The notes beneath the pieces are model-generated. The model did not search any database. It was not told the DNA's origin and was given only the letters and a program-made list of their open reading frames with translations. From Desulfatiglandales bacterium (GTDB lineage: Bacteria > Desulfobacterota > DSM-4660 > Desulfatiglandales > HGW-15): a DNA stretch of 64,000 nucleotides. This document shows, in pieces, positions 27,234 to 37,727 of this stretch. Position numbers and translations under genes: made by a program. The stretch is taken from contig CAXXJJ010000004.1 of assembly GCA_963667015.2 (NCBI GenBank), forward strand, positions 3,072,001 through 3,136,000, written 5' to 3'. Numbering within the stretch: position 1 is the stretch's first letter; each line of letters starts with the position of its first letter.

Positions 27234-28577
27234 TTACTGATTCATTAGTCCCACCGCTTTACATGCCGCATTGACCAGAGGGTACCCTATGGGCGAAGAT
27301 GTCAGGGCCGGATGTGTACCCATCTGGAACTTTACCATGTCATGGACTGTCATCCGGTGCATGATACAGGCACTCAATACATTGACCATTTCACCAACTG
27401 ATCGCCCCCCGGATATAGAACCGCCAAGCACCACACCTGTGTCCCGGGCAAATATAAGTTTTGCCTTTGTCATGCATGAATCAGGCATTCCACCGGGATG
27501 GGTATCAGGCCCCTCGGCAGTACCAATAATGATATTCATTCCGCTCTGTCTTGCAGCCCGTTCTGTCAGCCCTGCAACCCCGAAGGCCCTGCCGTTGATC
27601 ATGGTTGAAAATACACTGATAGCACCACAATGCTCGTGAACAGGTGAAAAAAGATTTGCGCCGGCAACACGGGCCTCGGCCGTGGCAATTGAGGCCAGCA
27701 TCACTCCGATTGGTCGGCCGGAAAAAAAGGATATTTTTTGTGAGCAGTCCCCGCAGGCAAAAATATTGGGGTCAGTATAACTCTGCATAAAGCAGTCGAC
27801 CTTGATGGTATTCCTGAAACCCAGCTCAAGCCCCGCATTTTTTGCAAGTTCGGTATTGGGAGATGCGCCGATACCCAGGATAACCATATCCGCCTTCAGT
27901 TCAGTACCGTCACCCATCTTTACGCCGGTAACCATGTCGTCTCCCAGGATAGCCTCAACCTTGCTGTTTACAAGGACCTTAACCCCGCCTTGTTCCAGCT
28001 TTGACTCAGCCTCATCGCAAAATTCATCATCCATAGCCATCTGTAAACAGTGAGGAAGCGCTTCAACCACAGTTACATTAATATCTCTCCCTTTACGACA
28101 CTCGTCAGCAAACTCCACACCGATAAATCCACCACCTATTATTACCAGATCTTTTACAGATTTCATTTCATCAAGGACTTTCCCGAGATAATCAAACTCT
28201 TTCCTGATGGGATAGACATTTTTTTTATCCACACCGGGAATTGGCGGGACCATGGGGAGTGAACCTGTTGCAAAAACCAGTTTGTCGTAGCTTATTTCCA
28301 TTTTGTCACTCAGTGTAACAACTTTCTTTTCGCGTCCTACTTTAACGGCTTCACCCTTTATCAGTTCAATTTTATTATTTTCAAGGAGACCATCCGGGAC
28401 AATATTATTTTCAGGGCCGCCTACAGTCCCGTAGATATAAGGGATTCCACAGGGGATTAATACGGTCCCCTCCTTGCGGACAAGAGTAACCTTTTTGTCC
28501 GGGTAGTGCCGCCTGCAGCTTATTCCCGCAGTAATTCCTGAAAGTCCACCTAACACCAATACATCTGTCTGTTTCAT
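27234..28577 (-). CDS. FAD-dependent NADH oxidase/CoA-disulfide reductase family
   Basis: PCGIPY, ATGS, GGGFIGVE, FACGDC, THP. Confidence 0.85.
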   Translation of the reverse strand: MKQTDVLVLGGLSGITAGISCRRHYPDKKVTLVRKEGTVLIPCGIPYIYGTVGGPENNIVPDGLLENNKIELIKGEAVKVGREKKVVTLSDKMEISYDKLVFATGSLPMVPPIPGVDKKNVYPIRKEFDYLGKVLDEMKSVKDLVIIGGGFIGVEFADECRKGRDINVTVVEALPHCLQMAMDDEFCDEAESKLEQGGVKVLVNSKVEAILGDDMVTGVKMGDGTELKADMVILGIGASPNTELAKNAGLELGFRNTIKVDCFMQSYTDPNIFACGDCSQKISFFSGRPIGVMLASIATAEARVAGANLFSPVHEHCGAISVFSTMINGRAFGVAGLTERAARQSGMNIIIGTAEGPDTHPGGMPDSCMTKAKLIFARDTGVVLGGSISGGRSVGEMVNVLSACIMHRMTVHDMVKFQMGTHPALTSSPIGYPLVNAACKAVGLMNQ

Positions 28578-28782
28578 AATGGAGTCTCCTTATCTATTAA
28601 TAAAATAATTAATACATTATTATTTAAAAAATACCGGAATCAATTAAGTATAACATAAAATGAGATTTTCAGAACAATTAGATTATTTCTCTTAACAGAA
28701 AACAGCCTGGATGTTATAGTCAATTTTCAGCAAATTACCTAAGAATTAAAACTGATATTCTTATTTAAAAGGAGAAAGAAAA

Positions 28783-29193
28783 ATGGCCCAAATGACTGAT
28801 AAAATTGTTGAACTGTTTGAAAAAGTCCCTACTGCGCTTCTTGCTACAGCAACTCCTGACGGTATACCCAATGCCGTGCCCATAGGGGCAAAAAAGATAA
28901 TTGATAATGAAACGATTCTTATATCGGACCAGTTTTTTAATAAAACCCTGGCAAACATGAAAGCCAATCCTAAGGTTTCAGTTACATTCTGGGAAGGGCA
29001 TGACGGCTACCAGATAAAAGGTTCAGTAGTTATAGAAACTACAGGCAGCCGCTTTGAAGAAACCGCCAAATGGATAGAGGAAATGGGAAATAAAGTAGGG
29101 ATACCTTTAAAATCCAAAGGTGCGGTTATCCTCACTATTGATGAGATATATAACCTCACACCCGGACCTGAAGCAGGAAAGCGTATTGCTTAA
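28783..29193 (+). CDS. Pyridoxamine 5'-phosphate oxidase-like FMN-binding protein
   Basis: LATATPDGIPN, KTLAN, GYQIKG. Confidence 0.85.
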   Translation: MAQMTDKIVELFEKVPTALLATATPDGIPNAVPIGAKKIIDNETILISDQFFNKTLANMKANPKVSVTFWEGHDGYQIKGSVVIETTGSRFEETAKWIEEMGNKVGIPLKSKGAVILTIDEIYNLTPGPEAGKRIA

Positions 29194-29222
29194 AAAAAAC
29201 TTGTTCAAAGGGTCAATATTTT

Positions 29223-29861
29223 GTGAAACTTACTATTATTTATGACAATACCCTTTTTATAGAAGACCTTAAGGCTGACTGGGGCTTTTCCGCCCTTATT
29301 GAAGTAGACAATAAAAAAATACTCTTTGATACCGGCGGAAGAGGCTCTATTCTGCTTTCAAACATGAAAAAATTGGGAATTGCACCCTGTGAGATTGATG
29401 ATGTCTTTATATCTCATTTTCATTTTGATCATACCGGGGGATTATCCTCCTTCCTTGACCATAATGATAACGTGAAGGTATGGGTTCCTCATTCCTTTCG
29501 TGGTGTAAAGAATGTAAAGGAAGTTATTGAAATCAAAAATCCCAGAGAGTTATACAAAGGAATCTGGACTACAGGAGAACTGGAAGGAATAGAACAATCC
29601 CTTTGCATTGAGACTCAGAAAGGTATTGTTATTATAACCGGGTGTTCACATCCGCGAATGAAGAACATTACAGGCGCCGCTTCTGTATTCGGCAAAATCT
29701 GCGGCATTATCGGAGGTTTGCACGGGAACAGGCCTGAATCCTTAAATGGCCTGGAATTTATTTGTGCAACCCACTGCACTCAACATATTCGGGGAATAAA
29801 ATCCCTCTACCCAAAGCAATATATTGAGGGAGGAGCTGGAAAAATTATTAAAATTATTTAA
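29223..29861 (+). CDS. MBL-fold metallohydrolase
   Basis: WGFS, LFDTG, SHFHFDHTGG, GCSHP, HCT. Confidence 0.85.
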   Translation: MKLTIIYDNTLFIEDLKADWGFSALIEVDNKKILFDTGGRGSILLSNMKKLGIAPCEIDDVFISHFHFDHTGGLSSFLDHNDNVKVWVPHSFRGVKNVKEVIEIKNPRELYKGIWTTGELEGIEQSLCIETQKGIVIITGCSHPRMKNITGAASVFGKICGIIGGLHGNRPESLNGLEFICATHCTQHIRGIKSLYPKQYIEGGAGKIIKII

Positions 29862-29881
29862 CAGCAGGAAAAGTACAAAAC

Positions 29882-30055
29882 ATGATCATTAAAATCCTTG
29901 GCGCTGAATCTCTGGGCGTGCGCAGGCTTTCCTGTGTTATTGAATTAAAGAACAGAAAATTATTCATTGATCCAGGTATAGCTCCCGGGTGGACCCGTCA
30001 CGGTTTTTCCCTCATCCCTTTCAGATCTCAATCGGATCAGCAGTCAGAGAAAAAA
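29882..30055 (+). pseudogene. Frameshifted, truncated MBL-like (UPF0282-type) gene
   Basis: GAESLGVR..IDPG then frameshift to PHPFQ; cut at the IS91-like remnant. Confidence 0.6.
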
Positions 30056-30294
30056 TCAGGGAGAATAGACTTCAGGATATTCAGGGTCTGAATAAAGCCA
30101 TTTTTCAGAATCAGGATGTATTTGTAAGGAGGAATAGCCGATGCTGCATTCAAATGTTTTTTCCGGCAACTTTGTTCACCCTTATTGGGCACATGAGAAC
30201 ACATTGCCGCCAGCCACTCAAGGGCATCAAAATCTTTTTCAGATTTCCCGTCCTTTGATTGACATACAACCTTTGACTCTTCCCGGAATTAGGT
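30055..30294 (-). pseudogene. IS91-family transposase remnant, internally deleted
   Basis: EESKVVCQSKDGKSEKDFDALEWLAAMCSHVPNKGEQ joined out of frame to the C-terminal LYSDPEYP*. Confidence 0.65.
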
Positions 30295-30341
30295 AAAAGA
30301 CCTGCCCCATTTATAGAGGCAGGACATAAATCAGATCAACA

Positions 30342-31304
30342 TCACTCTTTGCAGACCGGTTCAATCGGCCAGCCCATGGACTGGCATCCTTTTCCTATAA
30401 CCGCGTTAATCAGAATAACTTCCCCGTTTACCATCTTGAATATATGAAAATCAGGAAGGCCGCCGGCAAAATGCATAAGAGCAACCACAACCCCGGCTTC
30501 CGTATCAACCAGGAAACGGCGCGGACCATGATTGGATATTACCAGCCCTTTCGGGGTACAGTTATGAGCATGCATTTCAGCTTTTTTACCATCCTCGCCC
30601 TCAAGTGTGAACATTGCATCCTTTGTTGTCTGTGTTCCGTTTTCCCATCTGTCACATACCTCGGCGAATGGGGAATGAACATCCGGCTCTGCCGCAAACA
30701 TATCAAAATAGTCATCAGCAGCTGCAATCATTGCCAGGCGGGAGCTTCTCTGTTCTCTCGGAAGAATGCTTTCCCAATCCTGCCCCTTTGTTGCAAGAAG
30801 ACCGTCTGCATTAAAAGCGAATTCGCTTTCCCTGGCAATTATGGTTTCTATTTCAGAAATCTTGTTATTTTCAACTTTGAGCCTCACGCCGAACATAATC
30901 GGTCTTATTGTTCCGTCTTTTGGCAATGGTTTCGGTTTTGAACCGGGTAGCCCCATTGACATTACATTTCCAACGACTTTTGAATCAAATTTTTCTTCTA
31001 TTACTGCAACACTGTGCGTTCCGCTTTTAAGGGTGTCAATAAGATCACGTCTCATTAACACTTTTCCTGCTGTCTTCCAGAAACCTTTACCAACAGCCAG
31101 CTCTACACCGTTTTCTGTAAATTTCACATCAGAGGCAAGAGGCAGCCCTGATATGTCATGAGATTTAAGCGATGCAAAATATTTATCAATAAAACCCTTA
31201 AGATCATCGCGTGTGCATTCCTTTGCACCAGACTGTCCAAAAGCAGTCAGAATACCTGCCGTCATCATCATGCATATAACAGTAATTTGTACAATTCGCT
31301 TCAT
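30342..31304 (-). CDS. Secreted hypothetical protein (two NTF2-like halves)
   Basis: Signal peptide; FTENG and RWENG repeats; GGAGG RBS. Confidence 0.65.
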   Translation of the reverse strand: MKRIVQITVICMMMTAGILTAFGQSGAKECTRDDLKGFIDKYFASLKSHDISGLPLASDVKFTENGVELAVGKGFWKTAGKVLMRRDLIDTLKSGTHSVAVIEEKFDSKVVGNVMSMGLPGSKPKPLPKDGTIRPIMFGVRLKVENNKISEIETIIARESEFAFNADGLLATKGQDWESILPREQRSSRLAMIAAADDYFDMFAAEPDVHSPFAEVCDRWENGTQTTKDAMFTLEGEDGKKAEMHAHNCTPKGLVISNHGPRRFLVDTEAGVVVALMHFAGGLPDFHIFKMVNGEVILINAVIGKGCQSMGWPIEPVCKE

Positions 31305-31812
31305 TTTAAAACCTCCGTAAAAAAATTGATTAATATCTACAGGAAACAACATCATATTCAAATAGGCAAGTACTTATTAAACCTCCCTGTCCATGAGACT
31401 TCAAACATCTACAAATAAAGACCAATAATGCCTGATCTTAATTTAGTACAAAATGAGCGGCTCTTATACAAGCAGAACAACATGTCAGATCCGGATCAAT
31501 CAACAGAAAAACCGGTTATGCTGCTTTCTTCTTTTATTCATATCTTTATCTACAGGATTTGTTTCACCGGTTAATGGATCTTTCCCGGTATAATAAATAA
31601 CAGAATAGAGTGTTAAGTTGCCTTTTTACCTGTGTCTCCTAATTGCTACGTATTTTTCATTGACATGAAATACTCGACCCCATATATTTTACGATGAGAA
31701 AAGGGAATTCCTATCAGCTCAAGTTGTTAGCCCCTTCTAAGGATTTAAGTATATGTTCACTTCATAAACACATCATCAGTAGGAATATCATAAAAGGAGG
31801 AAATACTTTATT

Positions 31813-32691
31813 ATGCGTGTATCAAAATTGTATACAGAAGAACGTCCTATTCTTTCCATGGAATTTTTCCCGCCAAGAGACGAAAAAGCGGCAGCCGGTT
31901 TTGGCGATATCGTTGATCAGCTGCTCGAAATGAAACCCGATTATATGTCAGTCACATTCGGCGCCGGCGGATCCACTAAGGACGGATCATATCAAACCGT
32001 CAAGCAATTGAAGCAGGATAAAAACCTTCCCACCGTTGCCTATATTGCCGGTTATGGGCTCGGACCCGATGAAATTTGCAATGTTTTAGATCAATACAAG
32101 GAACTTGGGGTTAAAACCATTTTTGTTCTGCGCGGCGACCGACCCAAAGGCCCTGATTACGAACCACATCCGGACGCCTTTGAATACGCATCCGATCTCA
32201 TCGCTTTTATAAAAAGCAAATACGACTTTACCCTGGGTTGTGCAGGATACCCTGAAGGCCATATTTCGGCAGAAAGCCTGGAAAAAGATATGGATTATCT
32301 GAAGCTTAAGGTCGACAATGGTGCGGAATATGTGGTCTGCCAGTATTTCTACGACAATGACTACTACTTTAATTTTGTCGATAAATGCCGGGCTATAGGA
32401 ATCAATGTTCCGATCATTCCGGGCATTATGCCGGTGTATACGGTAAAGATGACCCAGATGCTGTCCAAAGTCTGCGGGTCGTCTATACCTGAAGCACTTC
32501 AGCAAAAACTTGATGCAGTGGACCCGGAAGATAAAGACGCTGTACTGGATCTGGGAATTGACTTTGCCGTTGAGCAATGTCGGGGATTGCTTGAAAAAGG
32601 GGTTCCCGGACTTCATTTTTACACCATGGATCGGCTTAAATCCACAACGGAAATCATTGGCCGCCTGAAGTCAGAAAACCTTTTAAACTAA
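31813..32691 (+). CDS. metF: Methylenetetrahydrofolate reductase
   Basis: SMEFFPP, SVTFGAGGST, LRGD, AGYPEGH, LHFYT. Confidence 0.92.
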   Translation: MRVSKLYTEERPILSMEFFPPRDEKAAAGFGDIVDQLLEMKPDYMSVTFGAGGSTKDGSYQTVKQLKQDKNLPTVAYIAGYGLGPDEICNVLDQYKELGVKTIFVLRGDRPKGPDYEPHPDAFEYASDLIAFIKSKYDFTLGCAGYPEGHISAESLEKDMDYLKLKVDNGAEYVVCQYFYDNDYYFNFVDKCRAIGINVPIIPGIMPVYTVKMTQMLSKVCGSSIPEALQQKLDAVDPEDKDAVLDLGIDFAVEQCRGLLEKGVPGLHFYTMDRLKSTTEIIGRLKSENLLN

Positions 32692-32729
32692 AATCCATCC
32701 CGGCGAGGGATCTTTCTCTGTTGAATATA

Positions 32730-32767
32730 AACAGAGGCATCTTTAAATGATTAAAGATGCCTCTGTT
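32730..32767. terminator. 17-bp perfect hairpin after metF
   Basis: aacagaggcatctttaa / ttaaagatgcctctgtt. Confidence 0.6.
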
Positions 32768-33133
32768 CCTGTAAGCTCATCTCATTAAGAGTTTCCTCTC
32801 CGCTATAAACCATTTTTATATTTATAAACGAAGATAATTTTTCTTTACACTTTTTTATTCGATTTTCATATACGTCTATTTTTTCATACCTTTACTCCGT
32901 AATGGTATTCTGGACACAGTTGTTCATACAGCTTAAATGCACCTTCTGTATGGAAAAACAGCACGCTGTTATGTTATAAGGTTGACACTGTTTAACCTAA
33001 CATAACAATGTCCCCCTTCACAAAACAGGTTTTATAGATTTGTCTGATAGAGGTAAAAAGAGCTAAGCGGTACATTATTTTCCAATTTAACCATTTAAAA
33101 GTAAGTGCTATAGCACGAAAAGGAGGTCGAATT

Positions 33134-33664
33134 ATGAAAAGGATGAAATCAAAAATTGTTGTAGCAGGAATGATCATGGCTGTATTGTCTCTGATGGCAG
33201 TTTCGACTGCAAGTATTGCGGCTGATAATGATGTGTTGCGTGAGATTCAGGATAGGGAACAGATAAACAAACTGATGTGGAATTATGCCAGGGCACTTGA
33301 TACGGGCAATGTAGAGGCCTTTGTGGCACTGTTCACCGAGGACGGACAGTTTGGCCGCGGGGAAAACGCGGTAAAGGGGCGAAAGGCCCTGCTGGAAATG
33401 ATGGGGGCTTTCAAGAAAAGCCCTACTGCAGGTCAGGGAAATACACCCAGGACCGGTTCCATGTATCATATGACAGCCAACCACTACATAGAATTCAAGG
33501 ATAAAGATCATGCCGTCTTTAACGGATACTGGATTGCACTTGTTTCAGGAAGCGGACAGAATACACAGCCGACTATTGTAGGCATTGGCCGGGAGGTCAA
33601 TGAACTTGTGCGCGTGAATGGGGAATGGCGTATCCAGGTAAGGGATATTATGCCCAAGGATTAG
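33134..33664 (+). CDS. Secreted SnoaL/NTF2-like protein
   Basis: DREQI..YARALD..LFTEDG..H..GEWRI. Confidence 0.8.
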   Translation: MKRMKSKIVVAGMIMAVLSLMAVSTASIAADNDVLREIQDREQINKLMWNYARALDTGNVEAFVALFTEDGQFGRGENAVKGRKALLEMMGAFKKSPTAGQGNTPRTGSMYHMTANHYIEFKDKDHAVFNGYWIALVSGSGQNTQPTIVGIGREVNELVRVNGEWRIQVRDIMPKD

Positions 33665-33895
33665 GCATAATATAGTATTATCTGCCGGTATGTTTTATTA
33701 CAATCAATGTTTTATTTTTTTAGCTGTTTAAAAATATGTAAAAAATGGGACGGAGGCAGAAGCAATTTACCGAGAATATGGTAATAGAAAGCTGTCACGG
33801 AACCTCTGTCCTGCTTTTCTGTGATATACCTGGTAAAGGATAAAAAATGGAAAAAGAAGTTATACTATTCGGATGTGGAACGTTAAGGACACTAA

Positions 33896-35805
33896 GGGAT
33901 GACTCAAAAATAAATTAACAGATTAAAGATGAACTATACCATAAAGCTTGAAAGCGTCTGACATGGCGATAGATATATTACATTGTAATATTAGCAGGTT
34001 AAATATTGACAGGATTGAAAATAATTTGATATAGTTCCCCCTATTATCAATTTAATAGGGGGAACTATATCAAATGTACGCTCAAAAACCTCGGTTAAAC
34101 GAAGCCTTGGAATTCTTTAAAAGCAATAAAATCGGAAGGTTAGACAATCTAAAACATGCACTTCATACCAATAGTACAATGACTGTTTTTCGATCACTCA
34201 AAGAGCTTAACTATCTTTCAAGTTATTCTCACAGGGGAAAGTACTACACCTTGCAGAACATTCCAAAATTTGATGAACTTGGTTTATGGTCCTTTCAATC
34301 GGTGTGGTTTTCCCAATATGGCAATCTCGTTGAAACGGCAAAAGAGTTTGTGGAAAACTCAAACGCCGGCTATACAACTCACGAACTTGAAGATATCCTT
34401 CATGTTGAAACCAAACACCCCCTTCTGAGTCTTTATAAGCAAGGACGAATCAACCGAGAGAAATTCGGGGGATACTATGTGTATCTTTCCAGTGAAGTGC
34501 ATGATAAAAAAAGGCAGATTGCAGTTCGTAAAACAGGCGCTGAAAAATTTGAGGTTGACCTCTCATATGAAATTAAACTGCTCTCTGAGGAGCTGAAAGC
34601 AGCGATAATATTGTTTTTCAGTCTATTAGATGAAAAGCAGCGACGACTGTATGCTGGTTTGGAATCCTATAAATTGGGACATGGCGGAGATAACCAAATC
34701 GCAAAATTATTGGGATTGGATGTTCATACTGTTTCCAAAGGGCGTAGAGAATTATTCAGCCAGGATATAAAAGTCGATCGTATCCGCGAGAAAGGAGCCG
34801 GCAGAAAACCTGTGGAAAAAAAATTCCGCAGGTCACCGAAAGGATAAGAAAGCTTTTGAAATACGAAACAGCAGGCCATCCAATAAGCGGACTGAAGTGG
34901 ACACGAAAAACCACGGAAAAAATATCCAGTGAACTGGAGTCTATTGGAATTATTGTTTCCGCAAATACAGTATGCAGGCTTTTAAAACAAATGGGCTTTT
35001 CCTTGAAAGTGAATTGTAAAAAAATAGAATCCGGGATAAGCAATCCGCCGGACCCGAAAAAAAGAGACCAGCAATTTGGCTATATTGCCGATTTACGCGA
35101 AAAATTTACGAAACGACAACTTCCTGTTATCAGTGTTGATACCAAGAAAAAAGAGTTGATTGGGAACTTTAAAAACTGGGGAGATTCCTGGCAGGAATCT
35201 CCCATTGAAGTTAAAGATCATGACTTCCCTAGTGATGCCAAAGGGAAAGCTATTCCATACGGTATCTATGATACACAAAAAAATATCGGTACAGTTTTTC
35301 TGGGTGTTACACGGGATACGCCCTCTTTTGCTGTTGATTCCATTGAGACCTGGTGGAAGACCGAAGGGAAAGCCAATTATCCGGATGTCAAAGAGCTGCT
35401 TATACTGGCTGATTCGGGCGGTAGCAACAGCTGCCGATCACGGGTGTGGAAATATAAAATCCAAAAAAATATTTGTAACCGGTATGGATTATCCATCAGA
35501 GTCAGCCACTATCCTCCCGGTTCGTCAAAATGGAACCCTATCGAACATAGACTGTTTTCAGAGGTCAGCAAAAACTGGGCTGGACGTCCGCTTGATTCGT
35601 ATGAGACTGTGCTAAAATATATCCGTACTACAAAAACATCTACAGGCCTCAAGGTGAAAGCACATTTTGTCAGAAAAAATTATAAAACAGGAGAGAAAGT
35701 TTCTAACAAACAAATGGATCAAATAGCCATCAAAAATGGCCTATTACCTGAGTGGAATTATATTTTACATCCAACTAAAATGTGATTTTATTTTTGAGTC
35801 ATCCC
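33896..35805 (+). mobile_element. ISAzo13-family IS, 1910 bp
   Basis: 19-bp TIR GGGATGACTCAAAAATAAA; TAA target duplication at 33893-33895 and 35806-35808. Confidence 0.9.
34074..35785 (+). CDS. ISAzo13 transposase, two ORFs joined by a probable -1 frameshift at A8 (34816-34823)
   Basis: LDEKQRRLYAG, GAGRKP / TAGHP, ISVDTKKKELIG, ADSGGSN, SKWNPIEHRLF. Confidence 0.85.
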
Positions 35806-36475
35806 TAAGAGTGCATTGGGTGCTCAATGAACTATCAATTCCATATCGATCCATAGATTTTCTCCCTGATAGTGAATATGCCAATAGTAATGAATATAAA
35901 AAAATTAATTCAACCGGCAAAATACCATCATTGTATATAGATGGAAAATATCTATTTGAAAGTGCAGCAATCTGTCTTTTCCTTTCGGAGCGTTTTAACG
36001 ATAAAAACATTAGCCCTGCTTTAGGCTCAATCGAAAGAGCCAAGTTATATCAATGGTGTTTTTTTGCTATGGCAGAACTGGACGCGCATACCTTAAATAT
36101 AATAAATAAACATGGTGGTTCATTAAAAGAAAAATATGGTGAATCTGATGTTGCTGTCCGGACAGCAAAAGAAGGGTTTGAAACACAAATCACCAAAATA
36201 GAACACGAACTGAAAGATGGTCGAGAATTTATACTTGGTGATAATTTTTCTGCAGCAGATTGCCTTCTAGGTACATGTATAGAATCAGCTTTAAGACTCA
36301 TACAATATATCTCTTTGAGCGTGCCGCCGACCTGCATATCATATTGGGAGAGTTTAAAAACACGTGAAGGGTTCATCAAGGCATATAAATTAAATTACCC
36401 ATAAAAAGCGTACAAGGCAACTAAGAAAAGGGCCTGGGCGTTTCACTTTAAAACATCTTATTAGGAGGTAATTGA

Positions 36476-36679
36476 ATGAGAAAAGTATATGAGTCATTAA
36501 ATACTCTTTATATAGGAGAACCAAAAGAGATCTTTACGGAAGAAAAATATATGACAGGCGGTGTGCCGGATATAAAAAAAATCAACCCATTTACTTTAAC
36601 AATGCCAGACAATAATTTTTGGTCTGTAGGAGAAAATCTGGGTAAAGCGTGGAGCATAGGGAAAAACCTGAAAGGCTAA
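36476..36679 (+). pseudogene. Flavin reductase-like C-terminal fragment
   Basis: IGE..E....PD..KINP...GKAWSIGK with no N-terminal domain. Confidence 0.55.
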
Positions 36680-36688
36680 AAATAAAAA

Positions 36689-36751
36689 AGATAACATCGC
36701 GCTCTACAGGGAAATGTGTTCCGACACATTCCGGTAGACTTTTCGTTGGCC
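36689..36751 (+). other. Orphan attC site
   Basis: AGATAAC..GCTCTAC..hairpin..GTAGAC..GTTGGCC. Confidence 0.7.
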
Positions 36752-36781
36752 CTAAATAAGGGGGAATCAGCAAACTAAACA

Positions 36782-37423
36782 ATGGATACGATAAAGCAAC
36801 TCATTCAACGAGCTCAAAAAACAAAACATGGATTTTTAGACATTCAGAAGGCGGCAGACGAAGTGTTTTCCGGGCAGACAGCCAGAGAGAGCCTTCAAAT
36901 TGCCAGGCAATTGCTCAATTCTGAGATATACCAGGCACGTTCACTGGCAACTTTCATCCTTGGCCGATTAGCAGCCAAATCAAAGGAAAGCGTCACAATT
37001 TTAAAAAAACGCGTGAGTCAAGACAAAGATTGGCGCATACAAGAGATACTTGCGAAAGCCTTCGACAGATTCTGTGCGGACACCGGCTATGAAGATGCAC
37101 TTCCGATTATCGAAGAATGGTTAGCTGATTTAAACCCAAATATACGGAGAGCAGTTACGGAAGGACTGAGAATCTGGACGGGTCGTCCTTATTTTCGCGA
37201 GCATCCAGAAGTTGCTATCCGCTTATTAAGTTCACTTAAAAATGATGAAAGTGAGTACGTCAGGAGGTCAGTAGGGAACGCTTTGCGTGATATTAGCAAA
37301 AAACACAAGGATTTGATCAGAAACGAATTACATAAATGGGATACAGAAAATAAGCAAATTAACCAAACTTATAAACTTGCAAGTAAGCTTTTGCAGAAGA
37401 CAACCGGCCAACAAAAGCATTGA
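36782..37423 (+). CDS. HEAT-repeat DNA alkylation repair (AlkD-like) protein
   Basis: DWRIQE, NIRRAVTEGLR, DESEYVRRSVGNALRD. Confidence 0.8.
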   Translation: MDTIKQLIQRAQKTKHGFLDIQKAADEVFSGQTARESLQIARQLLNSEIYQARSLATFILGRLAAKSKESVTILKKRVSQDKDWRIQEILAKAFDRFCADTGYEDALPIIEEWLADLNPNIRRAVTEGLRIWTGRPYFREHPEVAIRLLSSLKNDESEYVRRSVGNALRDISKKHKDLIRNELHKWDTENKQINQTYKLASKLLQKTTGQQKH

Positions 37424-37434
37424 GAGCTAAATGT

Positions 37435-37665
37435 GTTATTGCCTCGGTAATAGCAAATTTGTGCTGGGCAAAGGTTTTATCAAAAACTGACGCGTCTAAG
37501 GCTGCAACCTACCTTTATACGATTCCTGTAATGACTATAATCATTGGATTCATCTGGCTCCGGGAATACCCTTCTTTAATTTCCTGCATCGGCGGTGCGT
37601 TAATTTTAGGTGGGGTTGTCGTTGCCAATTTTAAAATAACCCAACATCATTTTAATGATGACTGA
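37435..37665 (+). pseudogene. EamA/DMT transporter C-terminal fragment
   Basis: ASKAATYLY..P..GFIWLRE..GGALIL.GV; no start. Confidence 0.6.
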
Positions 37666-37727
37666 AATATGAAATGATTTTTTAATATGTATATATCTGA
37701 ATTTTAAATATCCTCACAAGGAAGGTT

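Larger units (their letters stand above)
33847..36404 (+). pseudogene. Glutathione S-transferase interrupted by an IS
   Basis: MEKEVILFGCGTLRTL|RVHWVLNEL reads through on removing the IS; GKIPSL, FESAAI, FSAAD. Confidence 0.85.

Noticed and set aside
31660..31720. Possible IS91-like end (AAAAGGGAATTCCTATC) or riboswitch before metF
   Set aside because: Only a vague resemblance; no transposase adjacent and no SAM-riboswitch core recognised.
33747..33811. Possible MITE with a GGACGGAGG/CCTCTGTCC inverted repeat
   Set aside because: Only an 8/9-bp match and a single copy.
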